Of a stretch of 64,000 nucleotides of DNA, positions 56,758 through 64,000 are shown piece by piece. Numbering within the stretch: position 1 is the first letter of the stretch; the number at the start of each line of letters is the position of its first letter. The notes beneath the pieces were generated by a model. It saw only the letters and a program-made list of their open reading frames with translations. It did no database searches and was not told the origin of the DNA. The translations under genes and the position numbers were made by a program. Location of the stretch: contig CACBCD010000002.1 in NCBI GenBank assembly GCA_902537725.1, positions 67,920 to 131,919 on the forward strand, read 5' to 3'. Origin of the DNA: an uncultured PS1 clade bacterium. Its GTDB lineage: Bacteria; Pseudomonadota; Alphaproteobacteria; MED-G09.

Positions 56758-57660
56758 CTAAATATCATCAGGAAATGCTTCAATTGATTGAATAAGAGAT
56801 AAGATTTCATCATTTCTAATTTTTTTATCTCGTAAAGACTTAATTGAAGTCGATTTATTGGTTTTTGATAATTTTTCTCCACTTTGCTCTCTTAAGAGAT
56901 TATGATGGTACCATTGTGGTTCGGGCAGATTTAGAACTATCTGTAAGAGTCTATGAATTGATGTTGCTGGATAAATGTCTAGTCCTCTTGTTACTAAATT
57001 TATCCCTTGTTCTGCATCATCTATGACAACAGATAAGTGATATGAAGTCGGTATTTCTTTTCTTGCTATTATAAGGTCTCCATACAAGTTAGGTTCTAAA
57101 ATTCTTTTTCCTTTTGGCTCTAAGCCTAATTCATCAAAAAAAATCTTATTCCCAAATTTTTCTTGAGCTAGAACTATGGCTTTTTCTACATCTAATCGCC
57201 AAGAAAAGTTTGAACCACTTAGCATTAAATTTGATCTTTCTGCTTTTGATATATTCTTATAAATTTTTGGATAAATATATTGACCGTCAGGATCAATTGG
57301 CCATGAAGATTTGCTTGCTGATTTTTTTGATATAAATTTTTTAATTTCAGATCTTGTTGCCCAACAAGGGTAAATTAAATTTAAATCTCTTAATTTTTTG
57401 ATATATTTTTCATATTTTGCGAAATGTTCTGATTGTTTAATTATACTTTTTTCGTATTTTATTTTTAACCAATTTAGGTCTTCAAAAATACTATCTTTAA
57501 ATTTTTTTTTACATCTCCCAAGATCAATATCTTCAATTCTGAGAAAAAATTTTCCACCAGTTTTTCTAGCTAATCCCTCTGATATTAATGCAGAGTATGC
57601 ATGTCCTAAATGTAAATATCCATTTGGGCTTGGAGCAAATCTAGTATTATATTTTATCAT
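56758..57660 (-). CDS. gluQ: Glutamyl-Q tRNA(Asp) synthetase (GluQRS)
   Basis: TRFAPSPNGYLHLGHA (the HIGH motif), a truncated GluRS catalytic domain, and no anticodon-binding domain. I place the start at the ATG at 57660; the track's 36-codon extension is AT-rich junk. Confidence 0.8.
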   Translation of the reverse strand: MIKYNTRFAPSPNGYLHLGHAYSALISEGLARKTGGKFFLRIEDIDLGRCKKKFKDSIFEDLNWLKIKYEKSIIKQSEHFAKYEKYIKKLRDLNLIYPCWATRSEIKKFISKKSASKSSWPIDPDGQYIYPKIYKNISKAERSNLMLSGSNFSWRLDVEKAIVLAQEKFGNKIFFDELGLEPKGKRILEPNLYGDLIIARKEIPTSYHLSVVIDDAEQGINLVTRGLDIYPATSIHRLLQIVLNLPEPQWYHHNLLREQSGEKLSKTNKSTSIKSLRDKKIRNDEILSLIQSIEAFPDDI

Positions 57661-57713
57661 TATTTTCTTAAAAAAAATTTGTGTTTTATGTAGATTTATA
57701 ATTAAATAATGAT

Positions 57714-58289
57714 ATGAGTAATGCAACAAATTTAATCTCAAATAAACATCCAGATTCTTGCCCAGCATTGGTTCTCAATGCTGATTTTAGGCCTTTATCA
57801 TATTATCCGTTATCTCTTTGGTCTTGGCAGGATGCTATAAAAGCTGTTTTTTTGGATAGAGTAAATATTGTATCAAGCTATGACAGAGCAGTTCATTCGC
57901 CAAGTTTTGAAATTAAACTTCCTTCTGTTGTATCTTTAAAAAACTATGTTAAGCCTCCGCAATGGCCGGCTTTTACTAGATTTAATTTATTTCTTAGAGA
58001 TAAGTTTAGTTGTCAATATTGTGGTGCAACTTCAGATCTTACTTTTGATCATTTGTTACCTCGCTCAAAGGGAGGGGAAACTACTTGGGAGAATGTTGTA
58101 ACTGCTTGTTCAAAGTGCAATTTAAAGAAAGCAAATCATTTATATCATGTAGCGAACATGAAACCTATGCAATGGCCATATAAACCAAATGTTCATGAAC
58201 TTCATAAGAACGGTAAGTTGTTTCCTCCAAATTATCTTCATGAGAGTTGGATGGATTATTTATATTGGGACTCAGAATTAGAGGCTTAA
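57714..58289 (+). CDS. HNH endonuclease domain protein
   Basis: CQYCGATSDLTFDHLLPRSKGGETTWENVVTACSKCNLKK. Confidence 0.75.
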   Translation: MSNATNLISNKHPDSCPALVLNADFRPLSYYPLSLWSWQDAIKAVFLDRVNIVSSYDRAVHSPSFEIKLPSVVSLKNYVKPPQWPAFTRFNLFLRDKFSCQYCGATSDLTFDHLLPRSKGGETTWENVVTACSKCNLKKANHLYHVANMKPMQWPYKPNVHELHKNGKLFPPNYLHESWMDYLYWDSELEA

Positions 58290-58813
58290 ATTTTTTCTGA
58301 TATATTAATTGCGATTTTACAACCTACTTTAACAACTTTTTTGAAGGCATTTAAAAAGGGTGTATTTTCCGATATCTCATTTTTTGCAATTTCCTCATGC
58401 TCAAGTTCATCTGCATGAAATTTTTTAACTATTTCTAGTATTTCAGGTTCTTTTCCTGAATTTTCAAGTTCTGAGATTTGATCAGAGTAATGTTTATCTA
58501 TGACTTCTTCAACAGCTTCAGTACATGCCATTAGTGAGTTTCTTCCCCCTAAAGCGGAAACTACACCTAGTGTAAATCCACTTAAATGCCATAAAGGCAT
58601 TAGAGCAGTTGCCCTAGTTTTTTTCTTCTCAACTAATTCATCAAATTTTTGTGCATGTGCTTTTTCACCTTCAAGCATCCCATATATAAGTGGAAGGGTT
58701 TTTTTGTCTCCTATGAGCTCCAAGGTCTTAATTTGCCCTTTATATATTGCTATAGCGCCATGCTCTCCCGCATGGTCAACCCTAATAATTTCATTAAGTC
58801 TTTTCTGATCCAT
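58286..58813 (-). CDS. coq7: Demethoxyubiquinone hydroxylase Coq7 (di-iron)
   Basis: RVDHAGEHGAIAIYKGQ, plus ExxH motifs (EKAHAQKF; DELEHEE). Confidence 0.85.
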   Translation of the reverse strand: MDQKRLNEIIRVDHAGEHGAIAIYKGQIKTLELIGDKKTLPLIYGMLEGEKAHAQKFDELVEKKKTRATALMPLWHLSGFTLGVVSALGGRNSLMACTEAVEEVIDKHYSDQISELENSGKEPEILEIVKKFHADELEHEEIAKNEISENTPFLNAFKKVVKVGCKIAINISEKI

Positions 58814-59258
58814 CTTTTTTCCTTAATGTTATTAGAACAAAAATAGAAGTTAATAACGATACAATAAAATTATAGCCAGCTAAAGAAACTCCAAAAATTC
58901 TTAGAGAGGCATCATCACATATTGGAACTGAACTTTCTTTTAATGTTTCTAAAAGATTATTACTATCAAATATCATACTAGAATTGCAAGTACTTAAACC
59001 AGGCCATAGATCCCACTCAATACCAGCATGCCAAGCAGCAAAAATAGCATTACAAAACAAAGCAATAGAAATTATTGATAATAAGATTTTATTAAAATTT
59101 ACAGTTATAAAAAAAGGTATTGATGCAGTAATTAACGCTAAATACCATGCCCACCTTTGTTTTAAACAAAGATCACATGCTTCATATCCCATAATCTCAG
59201 TTATATGAACTGATATCAAAACTATCAGTGATATAATAATAATTGTTTTATTTATCAT
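58794..59258 (-). CDS. dsbB: Disulfide bond formation protein B family
   Basis: Four TM segments, a CxxC motif in the first periplasmic loop (ACDLCLKQRWAWY), and a second Cys pair (STCN .. PICD). Confidence 0.65.
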   Translation of the reverse strand: MINKTIIIISLIVLISVHITEIMGYEACDLCLKQRWAWYLALITASIPFFITVNFNKILLSIISIALFCNAIFAAWHAGIEWDLWPGLSTCNSSMIFDSNNLLETLKESSVPICDDASLRIFGVSLAGYNFIVSLLTSIFVLITLRKKDGSEKT

Positions 59259-59833
59259 TATAAAATCTCTTTATAGATAATTATGAGTATAAACAATATT
59301 AACAATAAAATAGTAAACAAAAAGGTATAATCCTTTATGACTTTTTCAGCTTTTTTTCCAAGAAATTTGCATAATAATGCTTCTATGATAAATCTTGGAC
59401 CTCTTGAAATGAGGCTAAAGAAAATAAAACCGACAATTGATATATCCACTAACCCTGAAGTTATGGCGGCTATTTTATATGGAATGGGTGTAAATCCGGC
59501 TACAAAAATAAATAAATATCCATACTCATTAATTGACTTTGAGAATAAATTAAATTCATCCTTTAAGTTAAATTTTTCAATAATTTGTATTCCAATTTCA
59601 TCATAAAAAAAATGTCCGATCATATATCCTGCTACTCCTCCCAGAACAGAAAAAATAGTTGTATAAATTGCCAGTTTTATTGCTCTTTCTTTATTAACAA
59701 GAGCCTTTGGTATTAAAAATATATCAGTAGGGATTGGAAAAAATATACTTTCAAAGAAGGATATTAAGTATAAATAAAAGTCACTTTTTTTGTTTTTAAA
59801 AAAATCAAAAATATTTTTATTAAAGCTCATCAT
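59258..59833 (-). CDS. DedA/YqaA-family membrane protein
   Basis: A multi-TM protein with SIFFPIPTD and GFTPIPYK motifs. Confidence 0.6.
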   Translation of the reverse strand: MMSFNKNIFDFFKNKKSDFYLYLISFFESIFFPIPTDIFLIPKALVNKERAIKLAIYTTIFSVLGGVAGYMIGHFFYDEIGIQIIEKFNLKDEFNLFSKSINEYGYLFIFVAGFTPIPYKIAAITSGLVDISIVGFIFFSLISRGPRFIIEALLCKFLGKKAEKVIKDYTFLFTILLLILFILIIIYKEIL

Positions 59834-59844
59834 TACATTTCCAA

Positions 59845-59931
59845 TGGTGCGGGTGGGGAGACTTGAACTCCCACTCAGTTACCTGAACCAGATTTTGAAT
59901 CTGGCGCGTCTACCGGTTCCGCCACACCCGC
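59845..59931 (-). tRNA. tRNA-Leu (anticodon CAA), CCA encoded
   Basis: The reverse complement is GCGGGTGTGGCGGAACCGGTAGACGCGCCAGATTCAAAATCTGGTTCAGGTAACTGAGTGGGAGTTCAAGTCTCCCCACCCGCACCA. It has an anticodon loop TTCAAAA, a long variable arm and discriminator base A. Confidence 0.9.
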
Positions 59932-60017
59932 GCAAAATTTTGATTTACTGAAACTATTATTAGTACTTTGGATTTAATTATATTTGAAATCTAAATATAC
60001 TTTGTTTAAGATAAACC

Positions 60018-60794
60018 ATGAAAAATTTTATTATAAGCTATATTTATAGACTTTGGGATAACAGGGTCAAGCCGATAAAAGCCATTAAAGCTATAAGGGC
60101 TCTAAGCAAAGATAACGAGGATACAGAACAGGTCTTTCATGTTATTGATGCCTTAAAAGGTCGTTCGGATAGAAAATATTTTAAAATTTTTTCTAAATCT
60201 GAAATTGGAAAAAAAATTCTAAAAGAAAGAATTCATCTTGTAGATACTTTAAAGGATAAAAAATTTCTTTCAAAATTACCAAAAAATACCCTTGGTTATA
60301 AATATTATGAGTTTATATACAAAGAAAATTTATCTCCTGAAGAGCTTATTGATGCTAGTGAAAACAGTAAAAAAGAATTTGGTAATAGAACTGACGATGA
60401 GATATTCTTTAATATTAGAAAAAGAGATATGCATGATTTATGGCACGTAACAACTGGTTACGGCCGTGATGCATTAGGTGAATTATCACTTTTAGCGTTT
60501 ACTTATGCTCAAGAACAAAATAGAGGCGTAGGAGCTATAGCTTTATATGGTTATTGGAAAGTCGGAAGGGAATTTCCTGATTTTAATCTTAGAAAAGTTA
60601 TTCGTGAGGGTTACAAAAATGGAAAAAAAGCAACTTTGTGGTCATGTGAAGATTGGGAGAAACTTATCAAACTACCCATAGATGAGGTTCGAGAAAAAAT
60701 TAATTCAAAAAAACCAGAACTTTATTTTAGTGCGTTAAATGACTTAGGAGCAGAACCTATAAAATTTAACGATGATGAAGTTTTGGCTAATTAG
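60018..60794 (+). CDS. coq4: Coq4-family ubiquinone biosynthesis protein
   Basis: The HDxxH-x11-E zinc motif is present exactly (MHDLWHVTTGYGRDALGE). Confidence 0.7.
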   Translation: MKNFIISYIYRLWDNRVKPIKAIKAIRALSKDNEDTEQVFHVIDALKGRSDRKYFKIFSKSEIGKKILKERIHLVDTLKDKKFLSKLPKNTLGYKYYEFIYKENLSPEELIDASENSKKEFGNRTDDEIFFNIRKRDMHDLWHVTTGYGRDALGELSLLAFTYAQEQNRGVGAIALYGYWKVGREFPDFNLRKVIREGYKNGKKATLWSCEDWEKLIKLPIDEVREKINSKKPELYFSALNDLGAEPIKFNDDEVLAN

Positions 60795-60801
60795 CTTACT
60801 T

Positions 60802-61155
60802 ATGATTAATATTTATGGATTAAAGAACTGTGATAGTTGTCGAAAAGCATCTAAATGGTTAGACAATAATGGCCTCGATTATAATTTTTATGATTTTAAA
60901 AACTTTTCTTTATCAGATTCATTACTATCAAAATGGATTGAAATTCATTCATTAGAAAAGATATTAAACAAAAGAAGCACAACTTGGCGAAACCTTAGTG
61001 AGAGTTTAAAAAATAATTTTGAAAAAAATTATATTAAAATTATAATTAAAAATCCTTCCCTGATTAAAAGACCGATTTGGGAATTTAAAAATTTACCAGA
61101 AAGAGAATTAACTCCTGGTTTTGGTAAAGTACATCAAAACTTTATATTAAAATAA
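60802..61155 (+). CDS. ArsC/Spx-family protein (YffB-like reductase)
   Basis: MINIYGLKNCDSCRKASKWLDNNG .. LIKRPI. I start at the ATG at 60802 rather than the track's start inside coq4. Confidence 0.75.
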   Translation: MINIYGLKNCDSCRKASKWLDNNGLDYNFYDFKNFSLSDSLLSKWIEIHSLEKILNKRSTTWRNLSESLKNNFEKNYIKIIIKNPSLIKRPIWEFKNLPERELTPGFGKVHQNFILK

Positions 61156-61167
61156 AATAGGCGGGAA

Positions 61168-62946
61168 ATGTTACAAAGAATTAAAAATGAATACATTTAT
61201 ATTTCTACATTCGGTAGAATTTTTAATGCTCTAAGATCTATAGAGTCTAAGCCAGACCAAATTGTTCCCTTACAAATTGCAGAATTTGCAAAAAAAACTC
61301 CTAATGCTATTGCAATATATTATGAAGATAAGCAAGTCTCTTATAGAGAATTAATTGATAGATCCAATAAATATGCTCAATGGTTTTTAAATAATAATTT
61401 ATCAAAAGGTGATGTTGTTGCATTAATGATGGAAAATAGACCTGAATTTCTTGCTTGCTGGATTGGAATAACTCAAGCTGGTGGAACCGTAGCTTTAATA
61501 AATACAAATTTAAGCGGTCAACCACTTGATTATTCTCTTGGTATATCTCAAGCAAACAATCTAATTCTTGGTAGTGAGTTATCAGAAAATTTCTCAACTA
61601 CAAGTGATGAAACAAAAAGTAATTTTAATATCTGGATTCAAGGTGATTACAATGACTCAAATTATTTTGAAGATTTAGATCAGTGTTTAAATGATCTTTC
61701 TGCTGATAAACCAGAAATTGACTATAAAATAACAAATGATGATGATGCTTTGTATATTTATACCTCAGGAACGACCGGTAACCCCAAAGCAGCAACTATT
61801 TCTCATAAACGATTAAGATTAATGATGTTGGGATTTAAAGGTGCTATTCAACCAAATAAAAATGATAGAGTTTATAATGTTCTACCCCTTTATCACTCTG
61901 CTGGAGGGGTGATAGCTGTTGGCCTTGCCTTAACCTCTGGGGCTTCATTAGTCTTGAAGAGGAAATTTTCTGTAAATGAATTTTGGGATGATGTTCATAA
62001 ATATAAAGTTACTATTTTTCAGTATATAGGTGAATTATGCAGATATTTATTGAACGCCCCTTTTCATAGATATGAAAAAGATCACCATCTCAGGATGGTT
62101 ACAGGAAATGGTCTTCGTCCTGATATTTGGGATGATTTTAAGGATCGTTTTAAAATTAAGAATATTCTTGAATTTTATGGTGCTACTGAGGGCAATGTAT
62201 CTTTAATGAATTATGATGGAAAGTCTGGCGCAATTGGTAGAATTCCAAAATATATGGAAAAAATTCTTAATGTTCACATAATTAAATTTGATGTTGAAAA
62301 AGAGGAGCCGATTAGAGATGAGAACGGTTTTTGTATTCCTTGTAATGTCAATGAAGTGGGTGAAGCGATAGGCGAGATTGTTTTACCTGGAAGTTTTGAA
62401 GGTTATGTTGATAAAGATGCAACTAAGAAAAAAATACTTGTCGATGTATTTACAAAAGGTGATCAATATTTTCGTACAGGTGATTTGTTAAGCAAGGATG
62501 AGTTAGGCTACGTTTATTTTGCAGATAGAATAGGTGACACTTTTAGGTGGAAGGGTGAAAATGTTGCAACTTCAGAGGTTGCCGAAGCATTTGCAGGTTT
62601 TGATGGAATTTTAGAGGCAAATGTTTATGGAGTAAGTATTCCAGGTAGCGATGGAAAAGCTGGTATGGCTGCATTATCAACTGATAAAGACATAAATTTA
62701 GATAATTTATATCTGTCCTTATCCTCCTCTTTACCTTCTTATGCTCAACCGCTCGTTTTAAGAATAAAAAAAGAAATTGAAATTACTGGTACTTTTAAAC
62801 ATCGTAAAGTTGAGTTAGTAAAAGAGGGTTACAATCCAAAAGAAATAAAAGAGCCAATGTATTTTTGTGATCATAAAACACAAACTTATTTACCATTAGA
62901 TGAAGAACTTTTCGCGAAAATACAAAATAAAGAATTAAAACTTTAA
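61168..62946 (+). CDS. Long-chain/very-long-chain acyl-CoA synthetase (FATP-like, ANL superfamily)
   Basis: AMP-binding motif YIYTSGTTGNPKAA, YFRTGDLL, and RWKGENVATSEV, which is typical of the FATP subfamily. Confidence 0.85.
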   Translation: MLQRIKNEYIYISTFGRIFNALRSIESKPDQIVPLQIAEFAKKTPNAIAIYYEDKQVSYRELIDRSNKYAQWFLNNNLSKGDVVALMMENRPEFLACWIGITQAGGTVALINTNLSGQPLDYSLGISQANNLILGSELSENFSTTSDETKSNFNIWIQGDYNDSNYFEDLDQCLNDLSADKPEIDYKITNDDDALYIYTSGTTGNPKAATISHKRLRLMMLGFKGAIQPNKNDRVYNVLPLYHSAGGVIAVGLALTSGASLVLKRKFSVNEFWDDVHKYKVTIFQYIGELCRYLLNAPFHRYEKDHHLRMVTGNGLRPDIWDDFKDRFKIKNILEFYGATEGNVSLMNYDGKSGAIGRIPKYMEKILNVHIIKFDVEKEEPIRDENGFCIPCNVNEVGEAIGEIVLPGSFEGYVDKDATKKKILVDVFTKGDQYFRTGDLLSKDELGYVYFADRIGDTFRWKGENVATSEVAEAFAGFDGILEANVYGVSIPGSDGKAGMAALSTDKDINLDNLYLSLSSSLPSYAQPLVLRIKKEIEITGTFKHRKVELVKEGYNPKEIKEPMYFCDHKTQTYLPLDEELFAKIQNKELKL

Positions 62947-62967
62947 CAAAATTTTCTAAAGATAATT

Positions 62968-63417
62968 ATGGAATATAAAATAATTTTAATTCTTATTGTA
63001 ATCCTACTTGGAACATTAGGGCCAATTCAAACTGGCGTTAATTCTACTTTGTCGAATTATTTATCGCATCCATCTCAAGCTGCTTTTATAAGTTTTTTAG
63101 GTGGAGTTATTATATTCTCAATAATACTAGTTTTTTTAAAGCCTTCTATTCCAAACATAGTTGATCTCAAAAAGGCTCCTATATGGTCTTTTTCAGGTGG
63201 CTTGATGGGAGCATGCATTGTTTTCGGTGCTATATTAATTGCTCCTAAAATTGGAGCAGCCACATATGTAAGTACATTTATTACCGGTACGATAATTATG
63301 TCTCTTATTTTAGATCATTTTGGTTTAATGGCTTTTGAGGTGAAACCTTTAAATCTATGGAAACTTTTTGGAGTTTCATTAGTAATTACTGGAATGATGA
63401 TAGTTAATTTTAAATAA
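62968..63417 (+). CDS. DMT-superfamily membrane protein (DUF606/YdcZ-like)
   Basis: About 5 TM segments; the size and hydrophobic pattern fit. The family is recalled, not searched. Confidence 0.5.
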   Translation: MEYKIILILIVILLGTLGPIQTGVNSTLSNYLSHPSQAAFISFLGGVIIFSIILVFLKPSIPNIVDLKKAPIWSFSGGLMGACIVFGAILIAPKIGAATYVSTFITGTIIMSLILDHFGLMAFEVKPLNLWKLFGVSLVITGMMIVNFK

Positions 63418-63418
63418 A

Positions 63419-64000
63419 TTATTTAGGTTTTCTGAAAAAAAGATATATTCTTTTCCATCTAAAAAAGGCCAAGATCAAAGCCGTTAGAAGTCCCGTTAAT
63501 GCACCTGTAAAATGCCTTCTAATAAAATAGTATTTAATAAAACTCAGTGGAAACTCAAAAATTAATCTTAAAAATAAAATTGATTTATTTTTCTTTTTTA
63601 AAGAGTCAATTTGCATTTTTATATAATTATCTTCCTTTTTAATCAGATGAGTAAATGATCTTACTGATTTATGTAATATAGGATTTTTAAGCTTTATAAC
63701 TTTGTTTAAATTTGTCTCTACTGAGTCATGGACCTCTGAGTCAGAAAATCTTCCAAAATCAATATTATATAGTCTCACACAAAGATGATGTGCAGAGAAC
63801 CATCTGGGACTTTTCCAATTTGGGTATATAGGAATAACCTCCATAGAATAAAAATTTGACTCTAAATTTTTTGAAAATATATCTCTTATTTCTAATTGAA
63901 GATCATTTGACAAATATTCATCTGCATCAAGATTAAGTAGCCATTTATTTTTAGCACAATCTTCACCAAAACGTTTTTGTGGACCAAAACCATTCCATTT
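63419..64000 (-). CDS. Glycosyltransferase family 2-like protein; C-terminal part only, since the N-terminus lies beyond the right edge
   Basis: The frame stays open upstream of the track's TTG start, right to base 64000 (582 nt = 194 codons). My translation of that upstream part, KWNGFGPQKRFGEDCAKNKWLLNLDADEYLSNDL.., contains a DXD-type motif (DADE). The C-terminus is a TM helix. Confidence 0.55.
   Translation of the reverse strand, partial: KWNGFGPQKRFGEDCAKNKWLLNLDADEYLSNDLQLEIRDIFSKNLESNFYSMEVIPIYPNWKSPRWFSAHHLCVRLYNIDFGRFSDSEVHDSVETNLNKVIKLKNPILHKSVRSFTHLIKKEDNYIKMQIDSLKKKNKSILFLRLIFEFPLSFIKYYFIRRHFTGALTGLLTALILAFFRWKRIYLFFRKPK

Noticed and set aside
57661-57768. 36-codon N-terminal extension of gluQ in the ORF track; the analogous extensions of rpmI (22745-22798), the DUF805 gene (34229-34309), tlpA (51453-51509) and the ArsC-like gene (60772-60801) were treated the same way
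   Set aside because: The extensions are junk-like, overlap neighbouring genes or promoters, and internal ATGs coincide with the conserved family N-termini.
57714-58289. The HNH endonuclease as part of a mobile element or defence system
   Set aside because: It is a stand-alone gene wedged between gluQ and coq7, sharing its stop with coq7. It has no partner genes (methylase, ATPase or similar), no repeats and no atypical composition. It looks like a conserved housekeeping HNH protein.
1-64000. CRISPR arrays, transposons, prophage genes, toxin-antitoxin pairs, or large tandem or interspersed repeats
   Set aside because: I saw none when reading both strands. The only repeats noted are the short ones reported above. 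This was a by-eye scan, so short dispersed repeats could have been missed.

Overview
The window is AT-rich (roughly 30% G+C by eye, not computed) and very densely coded. I call about 70 CDS and 2 tRNAs. Neighbouring genes usually overlap or sit less than 90 nt apart. The content is mainly core housekeeping genes of a streamlined, probably marine, alphaproteobacterium. The lineage call is inference from four things: an alpha-type L32 sequence, the RegB/RegA pair, hisC-tyrC linkage, and the argH-lipoprotein-lysA plus tlpA arrangement.

Recognisable blocks:
- lepA, pheST, rplT-rpmI-infC
- lptCAB, sppA, rpmF
- metXW, hisC-tyrC, lysA-argH
- etfBA with an acyl-CoA dehydrogenase
- coq7/coq4, queG, gluQ

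I found no transposase, integrase, phage gene, CRISPR array, toxin-antitoxin pair or recognisable defence system. I cannot honestly point to a complete new multi-gene system.

What does stand out:
1. There are four TonB-dependent receptors in the first 31 kb, each with a different neighbouring module: a 2OG-oxygenase/DUF1330/DUF3108 operon, an M14 carboxypeptidase, and purine permease plus phosphoribosyltransferase genes.
2. Only two non-coding gaps exceed 150 nt, and both carry RNA-like structure. One is a GC-rich element with GNRA-capped hairpins ahead of ompW-metX-metW. The other is a 16-bp hairpin plus U-tract between the tandem receptors that pairs fully only on one strand.
3. Three genes are missed or truncated by the ORF track: full-length infC with an AUA start, a 47-aa LptM-like lipoprotein overlapping both argH and lysA, and a 42-aa membrane ORF.
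4. One CDS has no stop codon until it has read antisense through an entire tRNA-Ser gene.
5. All ten convergent gene junctions have 17 nt or less of spacer, and three share a TTAA double stop.

All functional calls rest on motif recognition by eye. No database search was run.
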